8,854 nucleotides of DNA from IMG/VR virus record IMGVR_UViG_2778261069_000005, positions 1-8,854 of that record; one strand, given 5' to 3'. Numbering within the stretch: the first letter of the stretch is position 1; every line of letters starts with the position of its first letter. A program made the position numbers and the translations under genes. This DNA is from a virus. Its lineage: Duplodnaviria; Heunggongvirae; Uroviricota; Caudoviricetes. Below the pieces are notes generated by a model. It did not search any database. It had not been told where the DNA came from and worked only from the letters and a program-made list of their open reading frames with translations. Below, one piece after another: positions 6,410 to 8,854 of this stretch.

Positions 6410-6588
6410 AGCATCCTCACGATAATATCCGGGTAGGCGCGATAACTTTCGTCTACTCCGTTACAAAGCGAGGCTGGGTATTTCCCGGCCTTTCTGTTAT
6501 CCGAAATCCACTGAAAGCACAGCGGCTGGCTGAAGAGATAAATAATAAACGAGGGACTGTATGCACAAAGCATCTCCTGTTGAATTAA
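6406..6588 (+). CDS. Lambda orf60a-like small protein (60 aa from ATG 6406)
   Basis: An ATGA overlap with the exo stop gives a 60-aa product, the same length and arrangement as lambda orf60a as I recall the lambda map. The ORF track starts it at an upstream ATG at 6400. Confidence 0.55.
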
Positions 6589-6752
6589 GAACGAGTATCG
6601 GGATGGCACATAGCCTCGCTCAAATTGGAGTCAGGTTTGTGCCAATACCAGTAGAAACAGACGAAGAATTTCATACGTTAGCCACATCCCTTTCACAAAA
6701 GCTGGAAATGATGGCGGCGAAAGCAGAAGCAAACGAGAGAGACCCGGCATGA
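6561..6752 (+). CDS. Lambda orf63-like small protein
   Basis: 63 aa, overlapping the previous gene by 28 nt, the same length and overlap as lambda orf63 as I recall. Confidence 0.55.
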   Translation: MHKASPVELRTSIGMAHSLAQIGVRFVPIPVETDEEFHTLATSLSQKLEMMAAKAEANERDPA

Positions 6753-6832
6753 CAACAACAGAATGCATTTTTCTGGCAGCAGGCTTCATATTCTGTGTGC
6801 TTATGCTTGCCGACATGGGACTTGTTCAATGA
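6749..6832 (+). CDS. Candidate 27-aa hydrophobic peptide (MTTTECIFLAAGFIFCVLMLADMGLVQ)
   Basis: ATGA start/stop overlaps at both ends (with orf63 upstream and the 71-aa ORF downstream). Single predicted transmembrane segment. No other support. Confidence 0.3.
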   Translation: MTTTECIFLAAGFIFCVLMLADMGLVQ

Positions 6833-7044
6833 CACCTCAGCAGGAAAACGCCCTTCGCAGCATTGCCCGTCAGGCTAATTCTGAAATCAAAAAAGCCAGA
6901 CAGCAGTTTCCGGATAAAAACGTCGATGACATTTGCCGTAGCGTACTGAAGAAGCACCGCGAAACGGTAACGCTGATGGGATTCACACCGACTCATTTAA
7001 GTCTGGCGATCGGCATGTTAAACGGCGTCTTTAAGGAGCGATGA
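6829..7044 (+). CDS. Hypothetical protein, 71 aa (alternative start at 6763 gives 93 aa)
   Basis: ORF in the early-left accessory region, start coupled to the preceding small ORF by ATGA overlap. No recognisable motif. Confidence 0.5.
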   Translation: MTPQQENALRSIARQANSEIKKARQQFPDKNVDDICRSVLKKHRETVTLMGFTPTHLSLAIGMLNGVFKER

Positions 7045-7066
7045 ACATGAAAAGCAAAATCATCAG

Positions 7067-7088
7067 GGAGCTACAGGCTCCTTTTTTA
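7067..7088 (+). terminator. Intrinsic terminator
   Basis: GGAGC (7067-7071) pairs with GCTCC (7077-7081), loop TACAG, followed by TTTTTT. Confidence 0.6.
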
Positions 7089-7142
7089 TTGTTCGCATTC
7101 ACCCTCAAGCGTATTAACCAACAATTCAGGGATTAATGGAAG

Positions 7143-7364
7143 ATGGCAGACATCATTGATTCAGCATCAGAAATTGAAGAATTACAGCGCAACACAGCAA
7201 TAAAAATGCACCGCCTGAACCACCAGGCTATATCTGCCACTCATTGTTGTGAGTGTGGCGATCCGATAGATGAACTAAGACGTCTGGCCGTTCAGGGTTG
7301 TCGGACTTGTGCAAGTTGCCAGGAGGATCTGGAGCTTATCAGTAAACAGAGAGGTTCGAAGTGA
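7143..7364 (+). CDS. TraR/DksA-family C4 zinc-finger protein (lambda Orf73-like)
   Basis: 73 aa with two CxxC pairs (CCEC ... CRTC) spaced as in TraR/DksA C4-type zinc fingers. Location and size match the lambda orf73 TraR homologue. Confidence 0.8.
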   Translation: MADIIDSASEIEELQRNTAIKMHRLNHQAISATHCCECGDPIDELRRLAVQGCRTCASCQEDLELISKQRGSK

Positions 7365-7966
7365 GCGAAATTAACTCTCAGGCACTGCGTGAAGCGGCAG
7401 AGCAGGCAATGCATGACGACTGGGGATTTGATGCGGACCTTTTCCATGAGCTGGTAACACCATCGATTGTGCTGGCACTGCTGGATGAACGGGAAAGAAA
7501 CCAGCAATACATCAAACGCCGCGACCAGGAGAACGAGGAAATTGCGCTAACGGTAGGGAAGCTGCGTGTTGAGCTTGAGGAAGCAAAATCAAAACTCAAC
7601 GAGCAGCGTGAGTATTACGAAGGTGTTATCTCGGATGGGAGTAAACGTATTGCTGAACTGGAGAAAAGCGAAGAGCAACTCATTAACGAGCGTGACCATG
7701 CTGAGTCTGCTTTAGCTGATATGTACTTCGCAACAACCGGGGATAGGCCTGAGTGGAGTAACTGTTTCAGTTTTTCAGATGCTGTCGATGCCGTAGTTGA
7801 CAGAATTGCTGATTTAGAAGCCAAACAGCCATCGCCAGTAGTACCGGAAGAAAAACCAATGCCTAACCCTCTTAGCATGTACACAGTTGATGCTGTTGCA
7901 GCTATTGCAGAGGTGAGAGGCTGGAACGCCTGCCGTGCAGCCATGCTTAAGGGAGATAAATCATGA
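7361..7966 (+). CDS. ea22: Ea22-like protein with a central coiled-coil region, GTG start
   Basis: 201 aa. N-terminal part (MSEINSQALREAAEQAMHDDWGFDADLFHELV...) resembles lambda Ea22 as I recall it; the C-terminal part appears different. GTGA overlap with the upstream stop and Shine-Dalgarno GAGAGG upstream. Confidence 0.65.
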   Translation: MSEINSQALREAAEQAMHDDWGFDADLFHELVTPSIVLALLDERERNQQYIKRRDQENEEIALTVGKLRVELEEAKSKLNEQREYYEGVISDGSKRIAELEKSEEQLINERDHAESALADMYFATTGDRPEWSNCFSFSDAVDAVVDRIADLEAKQPSPVVPEEKPMPNPLSMYTVDAVAAIAEVRGWNACRAAMLKGDKS

Positions 7967-8313
7967 TTAATCGAACCAAACTGGAGCACATCCTCGAGTA
8001 TGCCAGGCAGCAGAGGCGCTTTGGCCAGCTTTGTAAAATTCTGCCAGGAGATATGGTTGAAATCGTGGAGATTGCCATGCGTAAGACTGGCAACTCTCCG
8101 GTAAGTCCGGGTGGTTGGATAAGCTGTAGTGAGCGAATGCCCGCTCAAGATGATTGGATTTTAATTTATTCAAAGCACGGTGAGTATATGGCAGGACAGG
8201 TACAAGAGGAATACGTGGAGTTGAGCGACGGCACTTTATCGTGGTTAGGGAACGCCTTGTACTGGATGCTGCTACCAGAACCGCCGCAGGGAGTGAATGA
8301 TGAATTGGCCTGA
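7963..8313 (+). CDS. Hypothetical phage protein, 116 aa (possibly DUF551-like)
   Basis: ATGA overlap with the ea22-like stop and Shine-Dalgarno GGGAG upstream. C-terminal WMLLPEPP-type motif is reminiscent of a prophage DUF family; that assignment is from memory only. Confidence 0.6.
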   Translation: MINRTKLEHILEYARQQRRFGQLCKILPGDMVEIVEIAMRKTGNSPVSPGGWISCSERMPAQDDWILIYSKHGEYMAGQVQEEYVELSDGTLSWLGNALYWMLLPEPPQGVNDELA

Positions 8314-8383
8314 AGCCTTCACCGCTGTAGGAGTTGCAATCGCGGTGGCATTTATTCTGTATTCGCTTTTCCGCTGGGGATAA
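8297..8383 (+). CDS. Candidate 28-aa hydrophobic peptide (MMNWPEAFTAVGVAIAVAFILYSLFRWG)
   Basis: Small ORF overlapping the 3-prime end of the previous gene and ending 5 nt before the next start. Single predicted transmembrane segment. Confidence 0.3.
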   Translation: MMNWPEAFTAVGVAIAVAFILYSLFRWG

Positions 8384-8387
8384 AGGA

Positions 8388-8630
8388 ATGTTCGCTCTGA
8401 TTCAACGTGGTCAGATATACACCGATAGCGCCGGCTACCCGATAAAAATTCTTCGCTGCATAAACAACACTGTGTTGTACAGAAGAATGGATGGGCGAAC
8501 ACAGTCGGTAAAAATAAACGATTTTAATGAACTGTTTGAACGGATCGATCACAAGGAATACCGACAAATTCTGGCTGAAACAGAGCAGGAGAACCATCTG
8601 AAAAAATTACGCGCCATGCAAAGGAGATAA
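8388..8630 (+). CDS. Hypothetical protein, 80 aa (the ORF track uses a TTG start at 8334 for 98 aa)
   Basis: ATG at 8388 with GGGGA 7 nt upstream. No recognisable motif. Occupies the ea8.5/xis-proximal position but does not resemble lambda Xis. Confidence 0.55.
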   Translation: MFALIQRGQIYTDSAGYPIKILRCINNTVLYRRMDGRTQSVKINDFNELFERIDHKEYRQILAETEQENHLKKLRAMQRR

Positions 8631-8668
8631 ACCGGTAAAGGTGTTCGCGATAAAGGTGAATATCGGCA

Positions 8669-8730
8669 ATGAATAACAATCCTCGCACTCGCGGGGATTT
8701 CTTTTATCTGAACTCGCTACGGCGGGTTTT
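8669..8730 (+). pseudogene. Possible 5-prime gene fragment (MNNNPRTRGDFFYLNSLRRVF...) truncated by the IS insertion at 8731
   Basis: ATG at 8669 with AAGGTG upstream. The reading frame runs directly into the IS terminus at 8731, and the continuation is IS sequence. Confidence 0.3.
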
Positions 8731-8854
8731 TGAACCGCCCCGGGTTTCCTGGAGAGTGTTTTATCTGTGAACTCAGGCTGCCAGATCATCGTTTCCGATG
8801 GAAGCATAATAAGCTTTTTCTGCTTCTGCCGGAGGAGTATGGCCCAGCCTTTCC
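8731..8854 (-). mobile_element. Right end of a second IS3-family copy in inverted orientation (partial): transposase C-terminal codons on the minus strand 8773-8853, terminus at 8731
   Basis: Exact reverse complement of positions 4-127. Minus strand encodes the same ...LERLGHTPPAEAEKAYYASIGNDDLAA-stop tail, and the element ends TGAACCGCCCC at 8731. Confidence 0.75.

Noticed and set aside
6283-6609. 108-aa minus-strand ORF antisense to the exo 3-prime end and orf60a
   Set aside because: Antisense to well-supported genes, no start-site support.
7615-8148. 177-aa Ser/Thr-rich minus-strand ORF antisense to the ea22-like and following genes
   Set aside because: Low-complexity translation, overlaps coupled sense-strand genes, no start-site support.
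8607-8807. 66-aa minus-strand ORF with the same MLPSETMIWQPEF start at the right IS end
   Set aside because: Mirror image of the ORF above, created by the inverted IS copy; crosses the IS junction with no ribosome-binding site evidence.
1-8854. Searched by eye for CRISPR repeats, tRNA-like sequences and a lambda-type att core (GCTTTTTTATACTAA)
   Set aside because: No regularly spaced direct repeats, no tRNA cloverleaf candidates and no att core were found. The only long repeats are the terminal inverted IS ends.

Overview
This window is the early-left and immunity region of a lambda-like (lambdoid) prophage, in reverse orientation relative to the standard lambda map, bounded at both ends by inverted copies of an IS3-family insertion sequence (about 124 bp of each visible). 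Left to right: IS end | OOP-like antisense RNA, cII, nutR, cro-like, OR/PR/PRM, cI-family repressor (S24 peptidase type) | two-ORF moron with its own terminator | OL/PL, nutL, N-like antiterminator | 2-TM membrane protein | ea10, cIII, kil, gam, bet, exo, orf60a, orf63 | small coupled ORFs, TraR-like zinc finger, ea22-like, three hypothetical ORFs, a gene fragment cut by the IS | IS end. The Red/cIII/kil/ea10 block matches phage lambda proteins as I recall them; the immunity region (cI, cro, operators, N, nut sites) is not lambda's, so the element is a mosaic. No replication genes (O/P) and no int/xis lie inside the IS-bounded segment, so it looks like an IS-delimited prophage remnant. The best candidates for an undescribed function are the two-gene cassette directly downstream of cI (the rexAB-equivalent position, 1908-2414) and the membrane protein after N (3208-3657); neither resembles anything I recognise. 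All homology statements rest on reading the translations and memory, not on database searches.
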